From: Dicyema japonicum
Taxonomy: Eukaryota > Animalia > Dicyemida
Direction of reading: 5' to 3'
Assembly: GCA_011109175.1 (NCBI GenBank)
Contig: RDEW01000011.1
Span: forward strand, 428,193 to 492,192
Length of the DNA stretch: 64,000 nt
Below the pieces are notes generated by a model. That model was not told where the DNA came from. It was given only the letters and a program-made list of their open reading frames with translations, and ran no database searches. Positions 1 through 11,524 of the stretch are shown here, in pieces (the stretch's first letter is position 1; each line of letters starts with the position of its first letter). The translations under genes and the position numbers were made by a program.

Positions 1-2171
1 TCAATAATAAAAGGGTCGTTCAAACTCCCAAAAATTAATCCCTGTAATAAAATTCCGTCAAATGAACTTGTTTTCCTGATTTTGAAATTTGTAAAAATTC
101 TGAATGTTGAGTGACGAGAAATCCGGCTAACTGAGCGGTGTAGGAAGCCGAAATTATCATAGTCGCAAATGCCCAAACCAAACTCAATGTCTTGGCTGAA
201 AAACTTCGAGGGATTCCTATTTGTATCAAATACTAAAGAACCTTCTCCAATAGCAGAGTTTACACCGACACTCAAAGTGAACCAAAATCCACTCGAAAGG
301 TTCAGAGCATCCTTAACATGAGTTTCCTCAGATTCAAAAGAACCGAAAGGAGAAATTCTATCGAAGATATAAAATACCAGAGCAGTTGATAATATTGAAA
401 AAATAATAAGCATCCAAAGGTTGAAGGAAAAGGGGTGTAAAAAGTTTGTAAAATCAATATTGGTAATTTCCTACAAAATTGATTGTGGTGTACCTTATTT
501 TGTATTAGCACACTCTCTTGACTCCGAAATGAAATGCTATATGACACAAATTTTGCACGTTCTGCTGTGACGTACAAAGGAGCCAGAATAATATCTCTTT
601 TCCCATAAATGAGGTCCCCTATCAACCCATTCCAGTATTTGAAGACAGAATTATTGTGCTTTGAATATTACAAAGTAATCACGTTTTTGTACGATCCGCC
701 AACACCAGTATCAAGAATTAGTCTCATTGGAATCTTGACTTGGTTTTTGTAAAGTATTAAAATATCAATTAAAAATCCATAACAGCAGTAAAATACATTG
801 GTTTCTCCCATAAAAATACATGTTACTTGCAGCAGCATCATAATGGACACACTCCATCTCCTGGGATGTACATTCTGTGTCTCTCATCCTCTTCATTGTG
901 TACGGGATTATTTCAGGGGATGAAACCTTAGTCAGAGATACAACTACTCTAAGAATTTTATGTTTCTTTATTCCTGCGTTCGAACACGTGGTACAATTAA
1001 GTATTGATTCTGTGATTCCAGGTAGTAGATTAATATTCACATACATTTGGCTCTTTCAATTTATAGTTTCAGATACTGTACTAACTGCTGTCCCCACAAT
1101 TTCTATGCTGCTATTTTGTTTATTTACCAAAAAGTAGTTAAATGAAGTGCGATATCCGATGTCTGAAAACATAATTCTCCCGGAATATCCTACACTGTAG
1201 CTTACGATCATAAATCTGTACTACAAGCCAATAATACCTTACTAAAATTGATTCAACGCTGGAATAGCAGTGATCATATCTCGGATAGACCTTGTTAATT
1301 ATTTTCGAATGGTTGAATGCATATCTCGCATATGTAATGGCATCCTTGATGTATGCAAGCTCGTCAGTAACTTTTAGTTTGAACGAAAATGTTCCATTGG
1401 GAGTTTCCTTCAGATTTATCAAGGATTCATGCAGAAGCCAAATGTAAGAATCCAGCAAATTGAATTTTTTAGCCAAATCGAATATTATTGGAGCCACTTC
1501 AGGTCTGAGACATAAACAGGGGAGTTACTTGAAAAATCCAATAATCACGCCAGCAGAGATTGATGACATTTGAGTAATTATTTGGTCCATTTGTGTCATC
1601 CCTAATCTAATTACAATATCCTGATCAATCTGAAATTAGCATAAAATTTACTTCAACTTTCTTACGTTTCAACAATTTCACCATTTCAAGGCTCATACTG
1701 TCCCCACTGTTGATGAATGCTACTCTCGTCCACTTTAGCTTCATGATTAGATTCGTCATCAAATTTATCTCCTTTTCTACTGAGGAATACATGTGGAGTC
1801 GGTGAATGTATTTCTTAGTAAATAGGATATTATACATTAAAATACAAGCCGGAATTAATGCTGTAATAAGAACCTATGGAGACTGACGGAATAGACATAG
1901 ACGACAGTAAAATGTTGGTATAAAATTGTTGCGATTTATGATAACTCACAATTAGCAAGTTTGGTTTCACTTCTCGGATGGTTTGGCACATTTGTTGTAA
2001 AATTTTGGTTGGACTTTCATCAAGTGTTTGTATTTCAAATTGAATTTCCGGCATACTTATATTTCTTATGAAGTCTCGAACATAAGGGATATTTGCTTTA
2101 TTTTTTAGAAAAATGGCAATTCCAAATTTTGAAAATGTGTGATAAAAAAGAACTAATAATAGGAGAACCAT
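1..2171 (-). CDS. GRIN1: NMDA-type ionotropic glutamate receptor subunit, GluN1-like; multi-exon, 3' part runs off the window
   Basis: Spliced translation gives a signal peptide/[39 protein letters not shown] (S1), [10 protein letters not shown] (pre-M1), and [50 protein letters not shown], matching GluN1 LNSGIGEGAPRSFSAR..SYTANLAAFLV. Eight GT-AG introns of 22-26 nt keep the frame (e.g. 217-241); the splice pattern at ~1050-1260 was not resolved. Confidence 0.88.
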
Positions 2172-2289
2172 TAAAATTCTTTTAAAATCATAATTTTATG
2201 TGATTAAATCTCAGAGGAAATGGACAATTAAAACGTCCTACCAATTAACAGATAAAATCTCGTAGGGATTAAAGTCTCATTAATTACCG

Positions 2290-4430
2290 TCTAATTTTCC
2301 ATTCTTCTATTTGTCGAGACACCAGCTTCCAAGAGAGTGACCATTGCAGCGAACGATGGTAATTACAAGATGTTCGCGGAGCCAACGGCGCTCCCGAGGA
2401 TCTCCCAGCCTTGACGAGATTGGCGAACACTTCTGGTGATATGCCCTATCACGCCCGAATTCTCAAATGCTATAGGAACGAAACGGAAATGGTCCTCAAT
2501 CGCAGAATATTTATCCAGCTTCCTTCTGTTAGTGAGAGTCAGTGGTAGGACAGTCTGAATTTGTGGTGGGAATCATATTTGTCGAGGAAGAAGAATCAGT
2601 AGAGGTTATGTCCTATAAAAGAGAGCGTCTTTTGGTAAATAGAAAGGTCTCCGTCCCGTCTGGTATTCTCCTATCTATTTGATCAAGTCCAACAAGGTTC
2701 AATGATGGAAGGGAACCTTCCAACTTCAAGATCACGTAAAATAATATCACTTAGGCTTGCATCATGGGAAATCTTCCAGGGATCTTCTTGCAGGGGGATG
2801 GTGGATTCCTTTCCGATCAATCATCTACTTACATTGGCATCTGTGAGTCTCATGTACATCCAGACCGAAGCAACATGGCAATACGAAGGCTCTCATTGTC
2901 GAGCAAAGTCCCGACGCCAGTAATTTGGCAAGCATCCAACCAAAAACCACTATTTTCCATGCATGTCGAACGAAACCAAATCAAGCGGTGTTGGTTGAGG
3001 TTTTTCTTGAGCTCCATAGAATGCTCTGTTGTCTCAAGACTTCTGAAAAAATTCACCTGTTGGGAAGCAGTAGCCCATACCTATCCATGCTGTTCAGGCC
3101 TTTTCGAAAGATCTCGAAGTATTGAGTAAAATCTTCGACAACAGGCAAATACATGAAGCACATGAAGAAAAAAAGCAGGAAGCGCAATGTCGGCCTCAGA
3201 TTTGAGGTTAAGGCCATCCCGAGAGGTCTGAAGTTTGCACTATTTCCTGTCTTGATCGCTGAACCGGACATTGATAACATCATCCAATAACGACTTTAGA
3301 GTTGAATTGCTGGTGTTTAGGATGTCCCAGTTCCTGAAGGATGACGGGCATCTAATAACGAAGAGTGACTTGGGTATGAAAGACAATTTTTCAGATCAAA
3401 GGACGCCACATATGAATTAAGAATCCTTAGCCTCTCTAATAGAGAGCAAAGCGAGAGTCCTTCTAGGAAAGAGCACTTTTCATACCTTGTCATTAAAACA
3501 AGCTCCAAGGAAAGACGATTCACCCACGTCTGTGATATTGGCTTCGGTAAACTGATCTTTGAAAGCTCCGGCGACGAAAACAAAATCTTAGTCAGACATA
3601 GAGATGTTGATATGTCTCCGTCTTCGAGGCATTAACGACCAAACTAACAACCATCAAAAACAGGACAATGACATGGAGGTCCCTTAAGCGGAATCTTTGG
3701 TGCTTCTGATTGTAACATCATCCAGATACCATAAGTTAAACGGAGAACACACATATCATGTAATATCACCGACAGTCAAGGAAAAAATGAGTTATCTAAA
3801 TGGATCCCCTTTCTGGACGCCGGTCTGAGAATGGACAATATTGTCTCCGAAGACAAGTGTGTTGTCTGAACCATACGAGTCCATTACTTCACACATGAGA
3901 AGCTGATTAGAACGTATCTCAACTCGGTCAGACACTGGGTAGAACAAGGTAAATCTGATATAAAAAGTTTCTCCTGGAAATCCCCACTTTGAGCTTTGAT
4001 GGTAGATAGGATTAATTTGCCAGGCCGATCTGTCGCTTATGGCTGCAAGAGAACATATGGTCTATCCAGAATCACAGCAGTGGGAGACCCATTACGATTT
4101 CCCGGTGGAATCGGAAAAAGCAAATGATCTTTTTCTTGATGTCGTCATAGGACGCTTCTTGAGAGAGGAACATATAACGCTACACTTAAAAGATGAATTG
4201 TTTTCCTTGGACCGCCAAGACTTTGCGTGAAAGTGAAGGATCTCTGACAGTGACCCATTTTGGTGGAGTGTTTCCTACGTGTTTACAGCTTTATTTATTC
4301 CACCTTCGAAGATATTGTACAAGTTCTTCCTTTTCTAGAACGAACAGGATCCATAACCAGAGTGTTAGCGTATCAGATGCTTTAGTTTCAGAGACTTTCT
4401 GAATTCTTCGTCAGTCAGTTCATGCACGGG
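2290..4430 (-). mobile_element. Degenerate CRE-clade non-LTR retrotransposon (RT plus restriction-like endonuclease)
   Basis: Broken frames encode SFDLKN (RT), LDD, SGFWLDAC..VGTLLDNESLRIAMLLRSG and DRRIPDGTETF; these motifs are shared with the copies at 11.5, 53 and 57-60 kb. Confidence 0.75.
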
Positions 4431-5857
4431 GACGAAGAGTTACTATTTTCACCCTTAAATTTTCCTATGTTTAAGGATCAGTTACCACAGTGTTTCTCAA
4501 CGAGGGGCGATTTTTAAATTACGAATTTTTTAATTATGATATATTTACCAGAAGATTTTTTGTTTGTTCCGCTCGCGGTTTAAACGTCTGGTCCGACGTT
4601 AGTGAGGCATTCATTGGATAATAATTGCGTTATGTGTCAAAATTTCAACAAAAGGAAAAGTTGGGAAAGAGTCAACGACCAAGAAAGGAAAATCGGCTAA
4701 TGAAGTAAACTGACAGTGAAGTCTAAATCAAAGAAGGGGATTGAAATACCCACCGATGAACTATATGACATTTTTGTATCAGGACAAGCTGTTTCGTCTA
4801 ACTTAGCTGATGATTTTCTTGTAGTGAATCTGGAAATTAAAAACATGGCTTTGGGACGGATTAAACGTTTTAACACACTATCAAACTCAGCGACTGCCAG
4901 TAAGGCACGAATTGCATTAAGAAAATCAGTCAAATTCACGCTTGAATTTGCCTCAAAATAGAATATGGATGCTTGTGCCGATGAGAGCGCCATCTGGTAT
5001 TGATGAACATGTTTTTACCACTTCCTTCCTATATCCTTCCACTGTCGTTGTGAAGGGAATCTCTTCTTGGGTCTCAGATGATGACTTGAATTAAAACTGA
5101 TGCCGAATCGGGGAAATAGATTGTCAAGATGTTCTTAGAAGACTTAAAAAGCTGTGATTATATTGCAGAGACGTAAGAAAGGGGAAGTTTGTTATGGTTT
5201 TTTGTTAGGAGTGATCGGAGATTAACTAAACAGAGAAAGGGCCAAGCCTTAAGAATTTTTGTATAACGAAAGTAGTCTAACATAATAGAGGACCTTCCAA
5301 AGTTGTCGGAAAAAAATTTGAGTAACCCCATTTGCCAACTGATACCAAATGATTCACTATTCGCTATGGAGGTTATTAAATCTATCCACGAAAAATCATC
5401 TAAGTTTTGATATTGATATTTGAAATTTATTTAACCACAAAAACACAGTCATAGCCAGAATTTAAAAGATTTAGATAATCTCTTCCTCCCTCAGGACTTG
5501 AAGGAAGTGCCGTCCAGCGGAACTCCTATGGATGGTTGTTCGATGGAATACAGTATAACTCATTCAGAAATTTGGGAAATACTGACAAGAAGTAAGTAGG
5601 TCAGTTAGAAAAGGGATCGGAATGATCGGGTTTGGTTTCAAAATACTCGAGGATTTTTAAAGCAGTGACATCGATCCCAGGTAAATAGACCAATGAATTG
5701 GTATATTGTCCGGTTCTATTGCATTTAATTCTTTATGAAAAGTTTTCACATGAGAGGTTGGGAGGCAAAGATTAGGTCTAATTTTCTGAGGACATGGTCT
5801 CAAATTATTTGGATGATTTTATGTATACTGCTAATAATAATTTTAATATAGGTCAAA

Positions 5858-6888
5858 CTAACATTTTTTAAACACGTTAAATAATTTTATTAGCAAATCT
5901 CCTCCCACACTGTAGATTGAAATATATTTGTCAAATTCGCAGATATTATTTTTGTCGCGAAAAATAAACTTATTTTTTGTGAGCAATGTAATATTATTGT
6001 ATATTCTACAGATACCTTTAATAGTTTAAATTCACTCAACCTGAAAAGTAAACATCTTCGATTTTTATTTTAGTATAATTTTTGCAGTTACTCAGGATTG
6101 GAAAGATGGATTTCTTAGGCATGAAATACACGTGTCCTGAACAATAATCTGGAAAGGTGAATGTTGATAATCAGCATTAGAAATGTACCTTAATTAAGAT
6201 CTTAAAAAATACAATTTATTATCAGTTACTCTTACCGGTTTGAACCTTCTATTAATCGCACAAAACATAAAGGGACTCTGTTCTATCGGCTTGTTGTCGA
6301 CATTTTGTTCGAAAAAATGAATAATATTGTCAATGTTTAAAAATACGTCGTCATCAATTTTTATGAAATAATCAAAAAATATAAACTCATAAAATGCCCA
6401 CATGAGTGCAATTCTAACTTTTATGTCAAATTTCTATAATTTTCATGAAAATCCTTGAAAATGATATCATTGTTAATTTCTTGTTCGTTTTTTGTTATTT
6501 GTAATGTATTTCTCTCCTTATTTTGTCCCATAAAGAAGATGAGTTTAGAATTTATTTTTTCCATCAATTTTGCATTCCCCCAAGTCATCCTCACTGCATT
6601 TCTTTTCTCCACGTTAATTGGATCTAATGGATAAATTCAAATTTAACGCGAAATCACGACGAATAAAAACTTGTATCTTTGATAATAAATGTATTTTGTC
6701 TTCCCTCTGAAAACGATAATAATCGAGGCCAGCTGGAAATGTCAAATATTAACTACAGTGAAAAATACTAATAGTATCTTTCGTAATTTGGCTTTTTGTA
6801 GATTATACAAAATTATCTTGAACGGCCAAATTGCACAATGTGATATTTGATTTATAATTTTTACATTCGTGATTCTGGAAACAAACAT
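5858..6888 (-). CDS. Beta-1,3-galactosyltransferase (GT31) family type II membrane glycosyltransferase; two apparent 1-nt frameshifts (~6424, ~6160), so possibly a pseudogene
   Basis: N-terminal TM helix, VVISHPINVEKRNAVRMTWGN, FHENYRNLT, YFIKIDDDVFLN (DxD), FPDYCSGHVY and IEDVYFSG. Four 24-25 nt GT-AG introns; ATG at 6888, TAG at 5858. Confidence 0.8.
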
Positions 6889-7089
6889 TCAAAATAAAAT
6901 AAATATGTTAACTAAACTTGTCTACGTTTATAAGTTAGGTCAACTTTTATTTATTTTTTCAAATTTTATACAAGTTAAAATTTTAAACAAAGCACATAAA
7001 ATTATATTATACAAAAAAATATAATTTAAAAAAATACGATGTCTAATGAAGTAACCTTGATTTTCAGAACGTAATACGAATGAGATAGT

Positions 7090-7434
7090 ACATTTCTTCG
7101 CTCTTGACAGGATGAATCTGAGCTATCAAAAGGAATATGAGTAATCTGCAACAATATGACTTAAATCGTCATATTGTTTGAGAGGCACTGAAACTTGCAA
7201 ACATTGCAGTCTTTTACAACTTGACGAATAACAGTTCTTTTGATACCGCAAAATCTCCTACGACAAAGCAAATCCAGAGCGATATGTCCACTGTGATTTG
7301 TCTGGTGAATCTCTGAGCAATAGTCCTCATTTCTTCTTTACTAGTTAGGGGTATCACAAGTTTGTGAAGTCCGTTAAAAGCTTTCAAATATAGCTTTTCA
7401 TTAATAACAATAAAATTACTTTGGAATGCGACAT
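7090..7434 (-). mobile_element. Possible integrase zinc-binding-domain remnant
   Basis: KLYLK..KLVIPLTSKEEMRTIAQRF resembles the 8893-9180 fragment (RLYLK..HEEMELVASQIH). Confidence 0.3.
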
Positions 7435-7741
7435 AATACGCAAACATTATTAATCATCGGAAAGAATATTGATTTTTTAAACACTTAAGAAAAACTATGA
7501 CAGAAGGATAAATCTGCAAACTATTCAAGATTTTTTAATAGCCGAGTGTGTTATATTTTCGTATGTAGAAATGTCTATAAAAAATATTTCCTAAAGGGAA
7601 TCTTTCGAATTATTACAAACTATTCAATTCAGTAACGATACAGGAGAATTGACGATGTGTCCTTAATTATTTCTCATGGAAAAACAAAATTTAACTACAA
7701 CTTGATGAATCAGTTGTACTTGATAATCCATTTATGCTATG
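7435..7741 (+). mobile_element. Internal Buster-type transposase fragment
   Basis: agtaacgatacaggagaattgacga and caacttgatgaatcagttgtacttgataatc align with 26860-27000. Confidence 0.7.
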
Positions 7742-8066
7742 TAATAATAATAAAAAGCCTTTTCACGAGAGCCATAGTATTTATAGCTCCGCATAGACAG
7801 GACACACACTTTATTTAAGTAAAGAACAGTTAATTTTAACTAATCGTAGAACCAAGGAATGATCTTCATTTCTTTTTTTTCTTTTTCTTGTGTGAGTGTC
7901 CTTCCTAGACAATCCAGTTCCGCAGTGAGTATCCACTGATGACGGCGTCACTCGTCAAACCTTCTTGGCATCGTAGATGCGTGGAACCTTTCACCAGGTG
8001 AACAGCAGCGAGAATCGAACCCGTAACCTAAGCTACTTTAGCCCGACACCTAACCACTATGCCACC
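7742..8066 (-). mobile_element. tRNA-derived SINE (family 1), full length
   Basis: Minus strand starts ggtggcatagtggttagg (A box) then ggttcgattc (B box) and ends in (TTA)n; near-identical copy at 59450-59776. Confidence 0.85.
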
Positions 8067-8399
8067 CGAACTTGCTTTAAATATAACTATATAAATAAAA
8101 AAATTATAATTTATTTATATAAAAACAATTCTAAGTGCTTCTGCCAGAGTTTATGTTAAGTCCAAACTAAAAAGACTACGAGAATAATCTGCCGATTTTG
8201 GAATGAGGTTCATTGGGTATTTCCCAGAGCTGCAAACGCTTCTTAAAAAGCTATTGGGAAAAAAGTTTTTTTTATTAATTTAAAATAAGATCATGTAAAA
8301 ATTGTTCATCTTTAATTATTTTTTTGATGCGTTTCATATGTGTTTTTGTAATGATCATGGAAGGTTGGGAAAACTAATAGGTACGGCTCAGGCCTCATG

Positions 8400-8700
8400 A
8401 GCATGAACGACGTCCTGGTATGGAGAGAATTTAAAAAGGGAGTGTAGAATCCTCTTGACAAGGGTGTTACAGGCCATTAGCGACGAGAGATATACAAGGA
8501 GAGAAATGTCTATAGAGCTGTGATTCCAAGATTTCCCAGACTGACTGCCAGTTTGGCCTGCTTCCGTGAGTATTCCCTCAAGCCGGAAGTTGGAGATACG
8601 CTCCGATGTCGAACGGAAGATCCCGTCAATATGTGAGATTTGGTCGAATTTTTGCTCGTTGTATTGTCGTGCATTGAATACCATTAACGTCATGTCCATT
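8400..8700 (-). mobile_element. CRE-clade retrotransposon fragment
   Basis: AKLAVSLGNLGI..DISLLVYLSSLMACNTLVKRIL across a frameshift; this is the CRE post-RT block also seen at 58700-58830. Confidence 0.55.
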
Positions 8701-8739
8701 CCATACATTATTCCACTCCAACTTCTTCCTTTATGTTTT

Positions 8740-9200
8740 TAGTCATGCACTTATCTTTGGACATCATCTTAGATAGTGATCTTGTAATTGTCTGATTGAA
8801 GCGTTCGATAATCCTTTGACTCCTTGGATTGTTAGGCCTACTATGAATTTGTTAGACGTTTAAGCAGTCACATAATGCTCTTACATGGAATGTCACATTC
8901 TGACTCCACTTTCCGAATAATTTCTCTTTTCACGAAAAAAATATCTTTCATTGCAATATTGTTCCAATGTGTTTTGTCCACAATGGGTCAATTGATGAAT
9001 TTGCGAGGCCACTAATTCCATCTCTTCATGATTATCAGATATGAAAATTTTGTGGTTTCCATTTGTGTCTTTAAGGTATAACCTCCCATTGATAGATAAA
9101 AAATTCTTTGACTTTTGAGTTAGTCGGTATTTTTTTCTTGTCATCAGACCGACGATCCCCTTCTCTTCCATTATTTTCATTATATCAATTTATTCCTGGG
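8740..9200 (-). mobile_element. rve-type DDE integrase remnant (Ginger/KRBA2-like or Gypsy integrase)
   Basis: H2C2-type HQLTHCGQNTLEQYCNERYFF followed by HSRPNNPRSQRIIERFNQTITRSL. Confidence 0.7.
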
Positions 9201-9269
9201 TTGTTTTTACGAAACACCGAGCCATCAGCTTAACTTTATAAAACACGCCTGTATTATGCTATTTAATAT

Positions 9270-9975
9270 TTAAAAACTGGTGGCGTTAAAACTCTCTCGA
9301 GTTGGCAAAAATGTTGAAAGGATTAAAGGAGAAGGGTCACTTGCTTTACCTGATGGTATGAATGTAATTCTTGCCATATCCGAGAGCGTTGTGGCAGATG
9401 ACCCGAAAGAATGGGCGAGGCAGGTAGTCCTGCAGATACGTAGCAGGCTATCTCGAATTCCCTGGAATGGTTGGCCATACTTGGCGGAGCTCTGTAGTGG
9501 CAGATTCAGTACTGCTATATCTGTGAGTGAACTCAAGAAAATGGCTGTAGGCAAAGAGGGTACTGGTCTAAAGGGGCGGGGAACAGATGACCACAACTGT
9601 CAAAGAGAGCACGAACACCAGAGTTGTGATACGTTGCAGCTCAAGCATGTTTATGAAGCCTTTGCGCGGAATCTCGCTCCAGCGGCAGATGTCCCACTTG
9701 AGGACCGTAGATTTATCCCTCATTGTAAGGTTAACGGAGTAGTGTTAACCTGTATCAATAAGGCTGTGGCTTATGCGGGGAGGCTAAGTTAGTAGGGTCA
9801 CTGGGTGACATCTCCCTAGTGCTGTATGCAGCACAGATCACCTATGATGAATTGACGGACAAGCCCAGACCACCCAGTAAATGGAGGGAGAAGATCTGTG
9901 CCAAGATTGCTTGGAGACAGACTGAGCTGGAAGCACTGGAGGGGCACATAAGTAGTGTGGCAAGAGGGATTAGAG
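9270..9975 (+). mobile_element. 5' part of an R4/Dong-like non-LTR element, truncated by the adjacent hAT end
   Basis: 170-aa ORF then DISLVLYAAQITYDELTDKPRPPSKWREKI; an inverted close copy at 39230-40075 continues into RT-like fragments. Confidence 0.55.
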
Positions 9976-11100
9976 CAGAGCTTTTCAAAAAATAATTCTC
10001 GCGGCACACTTATCGTAAAAAATAATCCACGGCACACATTAAAAAATAAAAAATTAAATTTTAAGATGTGTAAAACTAAGTACTAAAATTGGTAATTTAA
10101 TGCCCAAATTTTTATTAATAAAAAATATGAAATCTTAATTATTATTGTTTTTGCATATATCATCAATATCAGGTCGAATGGTTGACAAAGCCACCCGTAT
10201 TTCAGCATCAATGTTTTTCAAACTTTCACGTTTGTTATATTTCATATTATGCAGCGTAGAAAAACCTGTTTCGCATAAATAGGTCGTTGAAAACTGTAAA
10301 ATTATGGTCAGTGCTTGTTTTGATAAACTGGGATATATGTTTCGAATATATATCCAGAATTTTCCAATGTCTAACTCCGTCATCATTAATTTTAAGGATC
10401 GATCATTAAACAGTGCAATAGGTTCTTCATTTTCTTTAACAGATAAGTGTTTTTATTCTGACACAAGAAAAGGATTTCGTATCGAAAAAATATTAAAAAA
10501 TAATAACCCAATCAAATTTTTTCAATTTCTAAGTCAGGAAAATCAAGTTGTAATGAAAACCGAGTTTCTTTAATAGAAAATGAGACATTATTATCAATAT
10601 TCTCCGACAAAGCACAAATCCGACGAGAAACAGTGTTATGTGACAAAGGTATCTTCATTATTTTTTGTTCATATTTATGACCAAACATAGTCCGAGCAAT
10701 AATACGACAAGCAGGGATTATCAAATTTTCGTCAATAGTGTGAGGTTTTAGTTATTTTGCTATCAATTCTGAGATTAGGTATGAACATTTCAATGAATCC
10801 TTTGTGTTTACAAAAGTTTCACTGAACATCATTTGACTAGATCTACGATTCATAGTAAAAACTAAATAATACTTGTGTTGTTTTTTCAAATGGATAAAAT
10901 AATCCACAGATTTTTCGGAATAGTCCGGATGCTTCTACTTTCGTTTTAATGAGGAATTGTTACTTTTTAAATATTTAAAAATGGACACAAGATTTTCAAT
11001 TTTTAACGAATTTAAATAATATAGTATATTTTGCATTTGATGATGCAAGCCATGGGCGGCAAATATTGTTCATTTATGAATTTTCAAACAAAAATTCCAA
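9976..11100 (-). mobile_element. ZBED5/SCAND3-like (Buster) hAT transposase remnant with its 3' TIR
   Basis: IPLSHNTVSRRI..FSLQLD and FSTTYLCETGFSTL..IRVALSTIRPDI; TIR cagagcttttcaaa at 9976 with gcggcacac subterminal motifs. Confidence 0.85.
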
Positions 11101-11524
11101 CAACGAACTTTATCCATTGTATTTAACGCAGGCACAATTTGGTCGCGATAATTCATCGGTTTAATTGGATGAAACTATAAATGTAATACGAATAAATTAT
11201 AAATTAAACGAAATAGCAAATGTGATTGTCTTTTCCATGAATATTGTGTTGGACAGGAAGAACATAACCATGTGATGGGGAAGAAACGTAATAATTTGAA
11301 TATCTGCAAAAGAAGAAACATCAGAGTAGATCTCACTAAAAGAATCTCGAATATAGAGCATCCGGTAACCTTCATGAAGTTCAGGCGTATTTTAATAAAA
11401 ATTACTAATTATAACATTACTTAGTTATTATGGGGGTGATACAAAAAAAGGTTGAAAAACACTGAGTTACCCAATTGGTTAATTTTTTAATAAATAATTT
11501 TTTTATTAAAAATGATAAGGACAA

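Larger units (their letters stand above)
4488..11464 (+). mobile_element. Fragmented Buster/Charlie-type hAT element with large internal insertions
   Basis: Left TIR cagtgtttctcaac at 4488; right TIR gttgaaaaacactg ending at 11464; flanks agttacca/agttaccc (7/8 match, central TA). Collinear internal pieces at 7435-7741 and 11170-11464 are homologous to the element at 26376-27553. Confidence 0.6.

Noticed and set aside
2290-4430. DIRS or LTR element
   Set aside because: DLKN suggested it at first, but downstream motifs match the CRE copies; no tyrosine recombinase, integrase or LTRs were found.
4630-5560. Coding-like stretch inside the hAT interval (ORF 4716-4961 and following)
   Set aside because: Multiple stops, no consistent mini-intron solution and no recognisable motif; left unassigned.
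7990-8066. Possible tRNA gene at the SINE head (also 59700-59776)
   Set aside because: A and B boxes are present, but the sequence runs into a 250-bp repeat body and tail and does not close a cloverleaf.
9968-11472. One hAT element bounded by the TIRs at 9976 and 11464
   Set aside because: The flanks gattagag/agttaccc do not match, and the two ends carry 3' transposase ends of different families in opposite orientations.
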